Shown piece by piece: positions 1 to 11,681 of a stretch of DNA of 43,263 nucleotides (within the stretch, counting starts at the first letter, position 1; each line of letters opens with the position of its first letter). A program made the translations under genes and the position numbers. The stretch is from Chiloscyllium plagiosum (lineage: Eukaryota), in NCBI RefSeq assembly GCF_004010195.1, contig NC_057719.1, positions 40,285,478 through 40,328,740 on the forward strand. The letters are read 5' to 3'. The notes under the pieces are model-generated. The model saw only the letters and a program-made list of their open reading frames with translations, had not been told where the DNA came from and did no database searches.

Positions 1-313
1 TCTATTTGCCAAAGCTATCTCGTGTCCCCTTTTTGCCCTCCTGATTTCCCTCTTAAGTATACTCCTACTTCCTTTATACTCTTCTAAGGATTCACTCGAT
101 CTATCCTGTCTATACCTGACATATGCTTCCTTCTTTTTCTTAACCAAACCCTCAATTTCTTTAGTCATTCAGCATTCCCTATACCTACCAGCCTTCCCTT
201 TCACCCTGACAGGAATATACTTTCTCTGGATTCTTGTTATCTCATTTCTGAAGGCTTCCCATTTCCCAGCCGTCCCTTTACCTGAGAACATCTGTCTCCA
301 ATCAGCTTTCGAA
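1..313 (-). mobile_element. CR1 LINE ORF2 fragment (linker between endonuclease and RT), runs off the window edge
   Basis: The minus strand reads SKADWRQMFSGKGTAGKWEAFRNEITRIQRKYIPVRVKGKAGRYREC and continues with a basic WMT-like/KKKKEAY stretch typical of CR1 ORF2. Confidence 0.8.
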
Positions 314-699
314 AAGAGGCAGGCAAGTACTGAAAATAGGAGGTCTTGCTGGTTTTCTGCACAAATGAACATAGGTTCAATAGCTAGGTGGATCCCAGTA
401 TATGAAGGAATTAACGATGACTTGGAGGCTAATTTCTTCTGGCTATTACAACAATTCTACAAGTGTTTGGCAATTCAAAACAACAACAGAGAATATCAAT
501 GTTTACTGGGAGAGGAGTAACGTGGCAAGTGATGGTGTTTTTTTTTTGTAGACCACTGATTCTGCATGATCAATTTTTCCCTGACGTCGATGCATGGGAA
601 GGTATTCCCTTCAAATACACTATGCTTGTTGAAGGAGTAGAGGTCATGTAGAGCAGGACCAATTGCTGGAAGATGGAGGATGGAATCAGAAGGAGTACT

Positions 700-1500
700 T
701 TCCTCTACTCCAGAGACCCGAGCGAAAACTCTGCTGGTTAAGGTTTAAATCCCAAAAGAGCAGCTGGTGGAATTAGCATTCTATAAAAATCTGTAACTAA
801 AATTCTAATTATGATTATGAACCACTGTCAATTGTAGGAAAAATTGAACTAGGGGAAAGAGAACTACTATCCTTACCTGGTCCAGCTGACATGTGACTCC
901 AAACTCAGCAATGTGCTTGACTTAACTATCCTCTGAAATGACTTTGCAAGTGGTTCAGTTGTGCAACTGTGAGAAAGGAAAAGAGGAATGAAATCCGGTG
1001 AACCATGCAGCATTGACTAAAACAGCAGAAACGATAAAAAATAAACAAAATCCTGTTAACCCATGCAAAGTTATCCTCCGAAAATCTGGGGCTAAGGCCA
1101 AAATTGGGAGACTTGCTTCATAGTCTTGCTTCATAGACCTGCTTCAAGTAACAGCATGACATAGTCGTACTCATGGAATCCTACCTTACAGACAGTATCC
1201 CAGGCACCATTATCTGGATATGCCCTGTCCAATCAGGAAAGCCCAATAGAGATGGTGGTAAAGTGGTGTGCAGCTGGGGGTAAGCTTACCTCGGAGTCCT
1301 CAACATTGGCTCTGGATAGCATGAAGTCTCATGATGTAAGATCACATGATTAAGGAAGCATCCAACTGAGTACCACATATGGCCCCAAGTTGCTGGTAAA
1401 ATCAGTACTCCTCCAGACAACATTTGGAGGAAATACTAGAGTGACAAGAATGCAGAATGTACTCTGGGTTGGGGACTTCAATTTCCATCAACAAATTTAC
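700..1500 (+). mobile_element. Decayed CR1/L2-group LINE, 5' end plus APE endonuclease remnant
   Basis: Endonuclease motifs DIVVLMESYL (1158-1187) and NVLWVGDFN (1456-1482). The 5' segment (CCTTACCTGGTC...ACATGTGACTCCA) matches 24345-24375. Confidence 0.7.
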
Positions 1501-1844
1501 CACCATCTACACTGGGCCTGTCCTGCTGGTCGGACAGTCAATATCCAGGGATGTTGGTAATGGTGTCTGGGACAAAGTTATACTTATGGAACTATACAGA
1601 CAATTGTGAGTGGCAATTGGCAGAAGCAAAGGAAAATATTTCATGTCGACTCTGCAAATTAGTGATTTGTTTAATAGAAATATAAAGGGAAGGAAGAAAA
1701 TGACAATATTGGGAGAAATATAAATTACTATTTAAAATCACATTTCGCTATACGTATGATAGGGAATGAAAGTTAAAAAGATCTACTCTTACTACACCCT
1801 TTTTTTCTCAGTAGAAAATACATCATTTCCATAAATTATTTTAT

Positions 1845-2494
1845 CTGATGGAGTTTAATTTAGATAAATGCAAGGTGTTGTATTTTGGTAAGATGAACAA
1901 GGGCAGAACTTACACAATTAACAGTAGGGCTCTGTTGTCAAACAGAGTGATCTCGGCATCAAGGTACATAACTTTTTGAAGGTTGCTGCACAGGTAGTGT
2001 GGTAACGAAGACATTTGGTGAGCCTGCCTTCATTGCTCAGACCATTGAGTATAGGAGTTGTGACGTTATGTTGTGATTGTAAAGGATGTTGGTGAGGCCA
2101 CTTTTGGAATACTGTGTACAGTTCTGGTCTCCTTGCATTTGGACGGATATTATTAAATTGAAGGGGGTAAAGGAAAAGATTTACAAGGATGATACTGGAA
2201 GTGGAGGGTTTGAGTTTGTAAGGAGAGGCTGGATAGGCTTTTTTGCCTGGAGCATCAGAGGCTGGGGCGACCTTATGGAAGTTTATAAAATCAGGAGGGA
2301 CATTGATAAGATGAGAAAGGTCTTTTCCCTAGAGTGGGGGAGTTCAAAACTACAGGGCAAAATTTTAAGGTGAAGGATTTAAGAAGAACCTGAGGGGTAA
2401 CCTTTTCACACAGATGGTGGTTCATATATGGAATGAACTGCCAGAGGAAGTAGTAGATGTAGATACTGTTACAGCAGTTAAAAGACATTTGAAC
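1845..2494 (+). mobile_element. CR1 LINE 3' ORF2 fragment, frameshifted
   Basis: MEFNLDKCKVLYFG and LVRPLLEYCVQFWSP motifs, shared with other CR1 copies in the window. Confidence 0.9.
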
Positions 2495-2514
2495 AGTGCA
2501 TATTACATTGTCCA

Positions 2515-3174
2515 ACTAGCTCAGAGCTGGATCCAAGAGTGAACAGAATCCCTGACACTCCTGTTTATTTTATTTTTAAGCAAAGGGAGAGTCCTGGACA
2601 CTCCAGCTCCCTCAGAGCCAGCTCTCAGAGCGAACAGAAGCTCTGATGGTCCTGTTTTTTTATTACCCCCATATTACTGCCTAACTGCAGTAGTGCTTAT
2701 TTTTTCCTCAGCATCCATGTTATGTGTGTGCAGGTGTGAGACACAGTGAGAGACACAAGGTGCACGAATTTTTATTCAGTTTCCACCACTAGGAAGAACA
2801 GAAATACCCAAGTGGCCAGTGACAAACAGTGCCCTTCACATCAAAGGGTAATGCTCACACTCCTGTTTTTTTTGTTGTGTGTGTAGGTGCAGGACACAGT
2901 GAAGAACAATGTGCAGAAATCTTTATTCACATTGTCCCTTGGTTTTTTTTTCCCTTTTTTTGTACACGAATCTTTATTCAGTTTCCACCACCAGGAAGAA
3001 AGGAAACACCCGAGTGGCCAGTGACAAGCACTGCCCTTCACATCAAAGGGTAATGCTCACACTCCTGTTTATATCTGTAAGCCAGGACTCCCTGATTGGA
3101 CCCAGTTAACAGCCCTTATCAGGGAATTCATTTCCAAAGAGCTCCACCTGATTGACCTCATTCCAATCATTACA
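2515..3174 (-). mobile_element. Gypsy LTR (5' part) carrying tandem insertions of a non-LTR element
   Basis: The minus strand begins TGTAATGATT... and aligns with the LTR at 31532 that precedes a gag. TATA is at 3068-3073 (minus). The target ACACTCCTGTTT recurs at 3059-3070, 2857-2868 and 2555-2566, with a diverged copy at 2646-2657. Confidence 0.7.
2658..3058 (-). mobile_element. Tandem 5'-truncated 3'UTR copies of a putative Tx1/L1-type element
   Basis: Units 2869-3058 and 2658-2856 are homologous to 31735-31930 (CCCTTTGATGTGAAGGGCA..., GGAAACTGAATAAA, terminal hairpin). Each has an A-rich tail and is bounded by the repeated target. Confidence 0.6.
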
Positions 3175-3899
3175 CTACTATAGATCCAAGAGCACCGAGT
3201 AATAGGTAAAGTGCAGTCTCAGCATTTTAATGATCTCAAGTTTATAGAGGGTAACATGTAGGATAGAAGGTGGGAATATTGTGGGAATAGTCAGTTCTGG
3301 AGGTAATGAAGGCATGAATGAGGTACAAATTGGAGGCAAGAACATAAAATATTGCAGTGTGCTAACAATATAAGATGAATTGCAGAATCAGAAGAAGCAC
3401 TACAAATTATCATAGATAAATTAAGATCAAAAAGTTTAAAATACACATTAGGTATGCACACCAGAAAGTCAAAAACAATGGTAACTGGAAGGAATATATT
3501 ACTAGAGTGAAGATTGAAGAGGATGGTATTAATTCAATCTGTTCGTTTATTGGATAATGATTACAGAAGATAGTGGATGTAATGCAAAAGTCAGAAGTGG
3601 GCAAAAGTAGTTGACAAGATTAAGGATCAAGAGGAAACAAGAAAACTCAAGTTGGTAAAAAAGGAAAATCTCAGTTACACTTATTTCTGTTTAAACAATT
3701 TTATAGTTCAATTCAATTCTTTATTTTATTCCAAGCAAAATACCATCTTTATATTGATTTTACTCATTTCATAGTTTCAAACAACTCTGAATGAGACCAA
3801 CTTAATGTTCTGAGTTTGTTAAGGATCAGCACTGGGGTGCAACGTTTTTGATTTTTCTTATTTGCCAAGTATTACAGTGTAACTGTTTTCTTTTTGCAG

Positions 3900-3986
3900 G
3901 CATACGAATATCATCAAGTTATTGCGTCAGACTGGTGCCCATTTCTCAAAAGAGGAGATTATCAATGTGGGCACCAAATTGTGCAG
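3900..3986 (+). CDS. ASPG: Internal coding exon (87 nt, phase 2-2) of ASPG-like 60 kDa lysophospholipase, ankyrin region
   Basis: Polypyrimidine tract plus AG at 3898-3899 and GTAAG donor at 3987. Encodes HTNIIKLLRQTGAHFSKEEIINVGTKLC, which resembles the vertebrate ASPG segment as recalled (H..VI.LLR.AGA.LS.QE....GT.LC). Confidence 0.88.
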
Positions 3987-4551
3987 GTAAGATTCTAATT
4001 TGCCATGTACCTCAGAAACCTGATTTTCATACATTACTCACTTGGTAACCCCACCATCATAACATTTTTGTTATTGTTTCTATGACTTGTAGTCCCCTAA
4101 AATGGAAGTTTCCTTGCTTATGCTTCTATTTTTTGACAGTGCATGGAGAAAATTAATGTTGTCTTATAGGTTTAATTTATAAAATAAATATATGAAAATG
4201 TACACGCTTAAGAAGAATAATCTGTAATATTCTTCACAAAGAAGGAATTATTTTTCCTCTCCCCAGTCTGATCAGAACACAAAGGCCAAATTGTTGGTTG
4301 TTCAGGATCAAGTATAATTGACATTAAATGCAATTGTGTAATAACCTGGTTTTTGTACCACATTAAGAACTGTGTTTTTATTAAAATAATAGAGCTGTTT
4401 TTACTCTAGTTAATTCCTTTTGCGAGCTCACCACCTCAATATTAAGTTCAGCAGACAATATAGAATACACTTGTTTCCCAAAATAGAAGAAGGAGTGGAC
4501 TATTCATTATACCATAACTCGCATATCAAGTTGCTAAGTATCATTTTTAAT

Positions 4552-5499
4552 TAGAGTCATAGAGTCATAGAGATGTACAGCAATGAAACAGACCCTTCAG
4601 TCCAACCTTTCCATGCTGACCAGATATCCCAGCCCAATCTAGTCCCACCTGCCAGCACCCGGCCCATATGCATCCAAACCCTTCCTATTCATATGCCCAT
4701 CCAAATGCCTTTTAAATGTTGCAATTGTACCAGCCTCCACCACTTTATCTGGCAGCTCATTCCATATCTTTACCACCCTCTGTGTGAAAAAGTTGCCCCT
4801 TAGGTCTCTTTTATATCTTTCCCCTCTCACCCTAAACCTATGCCCTCTAGTTCTGGACTCACCCACCCCAGGGAAAAGACTTTGTCTATTTATCCTATCC
4901 ATGCCCCTCATAATTTTATAAAACTCTATAAGGTCACCCCTTAGTCTCTGATGCTCCAGGGAAAACAGCCCCCACCTGTTCAACCTCTCCTGAGAGCTCA
5001 AATCATCCAACCCTGGCAACATCCATGTAAATCTTTTCTGAGCCCTTTCAAGTTTCACAACATATTTCTGATAGGAAGGAGACCAGAGTTGCATGCAATA
5101 TTCCAAAAGTGGCATAACCTATGTCCTGTACAGTTGCAATATGACCTCCCAACTCCTGTACTCAATACTCTATCCGATAAAAGAAAGCATACCAAATGCC
5201 TTCTTCACTATCCTATCTACCTGCGATTCCATTTTCAAGGAGCTATGAACCTGCACTCCCAGGTCTCTTTGTTCAGCAACACTCCCTAGGACCTTACCAT
5301 TAAGTATATAAGTCCTGCTAAGATTTGCTTTCCCAAAATGCAGCACCTCGCATTTATCTGAATTAAACTCCATCTGCCACTTCTCAGCCCATTGGCCCGT
5401 CTTGTCAAGATCCTGTTGTAATCTGAGGTAACCCTCTTCGCTGTCCACTACACCTCCAATTTTGGTGTCATCTGCAAACTTACTAACTGTACCTTTTAT
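4552..5499 (-). mobile_element. CR1 LINE 3' portion with 3'UTR and tandem tail
   Basis: [27 protein letters not shown] and LRGDLIE motifs in minus-strand ORFs. (TAGAGTCA)n tail at 4552-4570. Confidence 0.95.
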
Positions 5500-5805
5500 G
5501 ATTAGATTACTTACAGCGTGGAAACAGGCCCTTCGGCCCTACTAGTCCACACCGACCCTCCGAAGAGTCACCCACCCATACCCTTACATTTACCCCTTCA
5601 CCTAACACTACGGGCAATTTAGCATCACCAAATCACCTAACCTGCACATTTTTGGACTGTGGGAGGAAACCGGAACATCCGGAGGAAACCCACGCTGACA
5701 CGGGGAGAATGTGCAAACTCCACACAGACAGTTGCCTGAGGCGGGAATTGAACCCGGGTCTCTGGCGCTGTGAGGCAGCAGTGCTAACCACTGTGCCACC
5801 ATGCT
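5500..5805 (-). mobile_element. HE1-type V-SINE, full length
   Basis: tRNA head on the minus strand with A box TGGCACAGTGG and B box GGTTCAATTCC, a central V-domain-like core (TGTGTGGAGTTTGCACATTCTCCCCGTGTC), and a CR1-like tail (GAAGGGCCTGTTTCC). Confidence 0.88.
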
Positions 5806-5880
5806 CGCATCTGATATATTCTGACTTTTCTGAAAAAATGTGCAGTGTGTAGAAGGGAAAGTTGACTGTTAACTGTCAAT

Positions 5881-6094
5881 GCTGAAAAATGGAAAAGCGC
5901 AGCAGGTCAGGCAGCATCCAAGGAGCAGGGGAATTGACGTTTCAGGCATAAGCCCTTCTTCAGGATTCCTGAAGAAGGGCTTATGCTCGAAATGTCGATT
6001 CCTCTGCTCCTTGGATGCTGCCTGACCTGCTGCGCTTTTCCAGCAACACATTTTTCAGCTCTGATCTCCAGCATCTGCAGTCCTCACTTTCTCC
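5881..6094. mobile_element. Penelope terminal-repeat palindrome with hammerhead motifs
   Basis: Inverted arms of about 75 bp (5891-6041, centre 5966) plus a one-sided extension. A 15-bp TSD CTGTTAACTGTCAAT lies at 5866-5880 and 6095-6109. Confidence 0.85.
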
Positions 6095-6472
6095 CTGTTA
6101 ACTGTCAATTCTCATCTGAACATTGGGAGACTGGAAGTTGAGAAATGGACATTGGGTGGCACCTCTCCTAAACCCCTAGAAACAGCTTAAAGAAGGGTCT
6201 ATAAAAGTGAAGAAGCCTGAGTGTAAAGCACTTAAATAATCAAATCAAATCAAATCAAGGTCATGCTCAAGTATTCATACTTAGATTGGAATTTTCATGT
6301 GTACAGACCATGCACTGTGCATCTTCCAATTTGTGTCAATTAATAAGCAGTCTAATTACAGGCTTTTGATGGCAACACCAGTGGCCACTGAGGAAAAACT
6401 TATAAGCGACCAGGCAAAACAAGAGTGCCCCTGTTGGCTCCAGAAAAATCACATGACATGTCGATGATTCAT

Positions 6473-6566
6473 AGTCGAAAAGTGTGGCATTGGAAAAGCA
6501 CAGCAGGTCAGGCAGCATCCAAGGAGCAAGAGAGTTGACATTTCCGGCATAAGCCCTTCATCAGGA
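6473..6566 (-). mobile_element. Penelope terminal-repeat fragment
   Basis: GGAAAAGCACAGCAGGTCAGGCAGCATCC...GCCCTTCATCAGGAAT. Imperfect 15-bp TSD at 6458-6472 and 6567-6581. Confidence 0.8.
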
Positions 6567-7004
6567 ATGTCAATGGTTCATGTTGGGTCATTCAAACTCA
6601 ATCCTGGATTTGTTACCATTAATCGAAAATGGAAGCTTTCAGTACAATTACTCACTGTTTTACTAGCTGCATAATTGAAGGAGTCAGAATAAGTATTTTG
6701 AATTAGTTTGAGGAAGTTACTGACCTATGGTTAGTACGATTTAGGTAATTATATGGTAGAACCTGCGCTTGCTGGGAAGATGTTCTTAATAAGAATCAGT
6801 TTTCCTATCTATTATTTGCATCAATTGATAACATTTTTGTCACCAGCAAGTGCACTATCTGTCATTGAATGGAAGAATCAATTGCAATTGGCTTCAGAGG
6901 TCTGCTAAATTTTTACAAGGCAGGCCCTCTCTGAAGTTTTGTTAAAGTTTTTTCTCACTTAAATTTAGACACACTGTGTGTGTAATCAGTTGCTCTCTGT
7001 GAAA

Positions 7005-7350
7005 TTAGAGACATAAAGATGTATAGCATGAAACAGACCCTTTGGTCCAAGTCATCCAGGCCGACCAGATATCCCAAATTAATCTAGTCCTATTTGCCAA
7101 CACTTGGCCCATATCCCTTCAAACCCTTATTATTCATATATTCATCCAGATGCCTTTTAAATGTTGTATTTATACCAGCCTTCACCGTGTCCTTAGACAA
7201 CTCATTCCATAAATGCACCATCCTTTGCACAAAAATGTTTCCCCTTAGATCCCTTTTAAATCTTTCCCCTCTCATGCTAAATCTATGCTCTCTAGTTCTG
7301 GACTCCTCCACCCTAGGGAAAAGACGTTGTCTTTTTACTCAATCCATGTC
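7005..7350 (-). mobile_element. CR1 LINE 3' end fragment
   Basis: RFKRDLRGNIF...WNEL motif. The 3'UTR matches 4560-4700. Confidence 0.9.
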
Positions 7351-7576
7351 AATTTTACAATTTTGAAAATGAAACCTCGTACTAACTTCGGATGCGAGAG
7401 TTTGCAATGATTGAGTGCTGTTATTGTGTGAGTAACAGAATTGCGTTGTTTACCCCATTCGTTTTTTTTCGTTAAAATATGCCCATAAATAGATGGATGT
7501 ATGTTTGTGTAATTAGTTCCTGTTGCACTAGAATTTGGTATACATTTTGTTGCACAGTCCATACATTTTGGTATAC

Positions 7577-8300
7577 ATAGTCATACAGTCACAGAGTTGT
7601 ATAGCACAGAAACATACCCTTCAGTCCAACTCATCGATGATGACCAGATATCCTAAATTAATGTAGTCCCATTTGACAGTAAATGACTCATATCCCTCTA
7701 ACTCCTTCCTATTCACAAACTCATCTTTTAAATGTTGTAATTGTACCACTTCCTCTAGCACCTCACTCCATACATACAGTGCCCTCTGTGTGAAAAAGTT
7801 GCACCTTTGGTCCCTTCTAAATCTTTCCCCTCACTTTAAACCTACACCCTTTATTTTTGGACTCCTCTATCCTGGGGGGAAAAAAACCTTGGCTATTCAC
7901 CATATCCATCACCCCCCCCCCCCCGCCTCATGATTTTATAAACCTCTATAAGGCACCCCTCAATCTCCGATGCTCCAGCAAAAATAGCTGCGGCCTACTC
8001 AGCCTTTCCCCAATAGCTCAAACCCTCCAACCCTGGCAACATCCTTGTAAGTCTTTTCCACACCATTTCAAGTTTAACAACATCTTTCCCATAGCTGGGA
8101 GACCAGAATTGAATGCAGCATTCCAGAAATGGCCTAACCAATGTCCCATGCAGGCACAACATGACATCCCAATTCCTCTAGTCAATGTACTAACCAATAA
8201 AGGCAAGTGTACCATGTGCTTTCTTCACTATCCTATCTCTCTGTGACTTTACCTTCAAGGAATTTTGAATCTGCACCCTAAGGTCTCTTAGTTCTGCAAC
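7577..8300 (-). mobile_element. CR1 LINE 3' fragment, decayed
   Basis: Homologous to 4552-5290, with indels. Confidence 0.88.
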
Positions 8301-10879
8301 ATCCACAACACTACTCATATTATCAGTTTTGGATATCTGTTGACAACTTCTGCTGCATTTCATAAGCCTTCAGTTGAGCGTTGTACTTGAACATTTTGCC
8401 GGATGTTGAGGTTAGATATTGGTCATGGGCACATTTTATTTCCTCCTGTTTTTTAAAGTAATACAGTTTGTACTGTTGGGAGTATCAATGAGTGGAGAGG
8501 GTTGTCTTGCAGTTTTATGCTGAATATTAGTTCTGCATTGGATCCATGGTTTGAAGAAGTTTACAACTTTGGTATAGTACAGTATATAAAATCATTTAAA
8601 CTGTTCCATACAATCTGTCAGCTTATTATCTATACTGTAGAGTAAGGTATTTTAAATGTGGGGTTTCTAATCATGCTACTGCTTTTGGACTATGGTGTTT
8701 GTAATTGTCTTAACACCACCATGGCTGGTGACCAAAGATGGATTCTGCATGCCAGTAGGCCTGCCATCACTGGATCAGTGGTATTCTCAACATAAACATC
8801 CAGGTTGACCAAGGCAAATTATTGAAATGATGCTTGAGTTAATGGATCACAGGGATGACCCATTGTCTGTGCTGAGTTTAGCAATGATTGTTGGAACTGT
8901 CACTTACCAGTTGGTCTCATTAAACACTCCCTTGCTTCAACTTTACTGTCCCAACAATGACACACAGGACACAGTGACTGTGTACCGAGTGGTTGCATAT
9001 TTAGCAGGTTGAAATGCACCATAATGGCTTTAATTTTCAAGTCCACATGAATGGCATGCTTCACCTTTGTGGACAAATGACTGACATACACCCAGACTCT
9101 TGGCCTCAAGCAACTCCCCTCTAGAATCATTTTCTAAGGCTTCTTTTCAGCTATTGGCTTAACAACATGGATGTGGCCATCTGTGTTATGTTACTCAATG
9201 ACTGTGAGTTTCAGGTATCAACACTTTACACCTTATTCTGATCCCTAATACTCTGATTTCACAGGAATGCCCAGTCTAGTCAGCCTTGCAATTTTTCGGT
9301 GTTTTTCTTCTTAGCAATTAGCTGTGTCATCTTGGACAGATACCATCTTAAACACCTGAGTTAATTTCATGTGATGCTAAGTGTCCACTCATTGATGTAT
9401 CTGTTCCCATCAGAAGATTTGGTGAACTGAAGGAGATGGTCCATGGGAAGGACTGTGTCTCCTCTAAAGAAGACACAGTGTGGAGAATAACTCATGAGGG
9501 AGTGTGGAGTACTATTATAAGAATAAACCAGCTTTGGAAGGTACTTAGACTACTTCTGGTGGCAAGGTGCACATGATGATTATGCAGAGTGTGATGGAAT
9601 CATTTGCACTTTCATTATCCTACGAATGATAGGGGTGGTACTGCAATGCCTAAGATCTTGTAAAACTTCTATCAGATCTTGCTGTCAAAGTTGTGCCTCT
9701 GATTACTGTGAATCCAATATGAGATGCCAAAACAGACAAACTTATCATACACTAACATTTTGGCTACAGTGAGAATTTTGGTCATGGGCCTGTTTGAACT
9801 TGAAGAACATAGAACGTAGAACTGCACAGAACAGGAATGGGCCCTTTGGCCAACGATGTTGATGCCCAATTAAACTAATCCCTTCTGCCTGCCCTTGGTC
9901 TATATCTCTGCATTCCTTGCACATTCATGTGCTTATCTAAAAGTTTCTTAAATGACCCTAATGTACCTACCTCCACCACTACCCCTGGCAGCACATTTCA
10001 CACTCCTACCATGTTATGTGTAAAAAAAGACTTTCCCTTTACATCTTATTTGAACTTGCCACCCCCACCCCAAACCACCCCCCCTAAGTTCATGCCCCCT
10101 AGATTTAGACATTTCAACTCCGAGAAAAAGATTCTGACTGTCAACCCTATCTATGTATCTCATAATTTTATAGACTCCTATCAAGCCTCCCCTCAGCCTT
10201 TGCCACTCCAAAGAAAACAATCCGAGTTTTTCTAGCCTCTCCTTCTAGTTAATAGTCTCTAATCCAAACAGCATCCTGACAAACCTCTTTTGCACTCTCT
10301 CCAAAGCTTTCACATCCTTCCTATAATATGTTGACTAGACTTGAACACAGTACTCTCAGTGCAGCCTAACCAAAGTCTTATAAATTCGCAACATGATGTC
10401 CTGACTCTTGTACTCAATTTCCCGACCAATAAAGGCAAGTATACCATATGCCTTCTTCACCCCCATATCTACTTTTGTGGCCACTTTCAAGAAGCTTGAA
10501 CCCCAAGATGCCTCTGTATATCAATGCTGTACAGGCTCTTATCATTAACTATATAGTTTTCCTTACCATTTGATCTCCCAAAGTGTTGCATCTCACATTT
10601 GCACAGATTAAACTCCATCTGCCATTTCTCTGCCCATATCTGCAACTGGTATTTTTTGAAAATCTTCTGCACTATCCAGATCTCCACTGATTTTTGTTTT
10701 GTCCACAAATTTATTAACCTACCCATCTATGTTTTCGTCAAAGTCATTTACTTATTTCACAAACAGCAGAGATCCCACTACAGATCCCTGCCGAACACTG
10801 CTAGTCGCGGACCTCCAGCCTGAAAAACAACTTTTCACCACTACCCTCTGCCTTCTATGGCAAGCCAATTCTGAATCAA

Positions 10880-11124
10880 GGGAACAGGAGAATCGACGTT
10901 TCGGGCATTAGCCCTTCTTCAGGAATGAGGGAAGTTGGTCCAGCAGGCTAAGATAAAAGATAGGGAGGAGGGACTTGGGGGAGGGGCGTCGGAAATGTGA
11001 TAGGTGGAAAGAGGTCAAGGTGAGGGTGATAGGTCAGACTGGGGGATGCTGCCTGACCTGCTGCGCTTTTCCAGCAACACATTTCCATCTCTGATCTCCA
11101 GCATCTGCAGACCTCACTTTCTCC
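10880..11124. mobile_element. Rearranged Penelope terminal fragment inserted in CR1
   Basis: Both orientations of the pLTR are present. TSD CCAATTCTGAATCAA at 10865-10879 and 11125-11139. Confidence 0.8.
10892..10926 (-). ncRNA. Minimal hammerhead ribozyme motif (Penelope type), intact core
   Basis: Minus strand reads CTGAAGA-A-GGGC-TAAT-GCCC-GAAA-CGTC: CUGANGA and GAAA core, 4-bp stem II, palindromic ACGU stem III. Confidence 0.7.
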
Positions 11125-11229
11125 CCAATTCTGAATCAATATGGCTGGGTCTCTCTGAATGCATCTTAGTCTTTTGGATAAGCCTACCATGAGGGACCTT
11201 GTCAAAAGCCTTACTAAAATACAAAATAA

Positions 11230-11370
11230 AAGCCCTTCCCGAAGAAGGGCTTATGCCTGAAATGTCGATTCTCCTGCTCCATTGATGCTGCCTGACCTGC
11301 TGTGCTTTTCCAGCAACACATTTTTCAGCTCTGATCTCCAGCATCTGCAGTCCTCACTTTCTCCCCCTTT
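11230..11370 (+). mobile_element. Penelope terminal-repeat fragment in CR1
   Basis: Same pLTR sequence as 5967-6094, flanked by the duplicated TTACTAAAATACA. Confidence 0.8.
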
Positions 11371-11681
11371 TTTACTAAAATACATGTAGACAACATTCAC
11401 TGCTCTACCCTAATTGATCATCTTTGTCACCCATCTTATTTTTGAGCTCTACCCATATTGCCTCAGTGGATGAGCCCACCATATGTCGTCTCTGAAGGCA
11501 GGTGTAACATTCTCCCTGATTAGTAATGCAACTCCTCCACCTCTTTTACCTTCCCCTCTATCTCATCTAAAACAATGAAACTCTGGGACGTTGAGTAGCC
11601 CGTCCTGCCCTGCTCCCAACCAATTGCAAGTCTCTGTAAGAGCCACGACATCAAAGTCCCATGTACTGATCCAGGATGAAG

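Noticed and set aside
8700..9660. Non-AT-rich stretch that might be a decayed element or exon
   Set aside because: No motif, clean splice pair or internal homologue that I could recognise.
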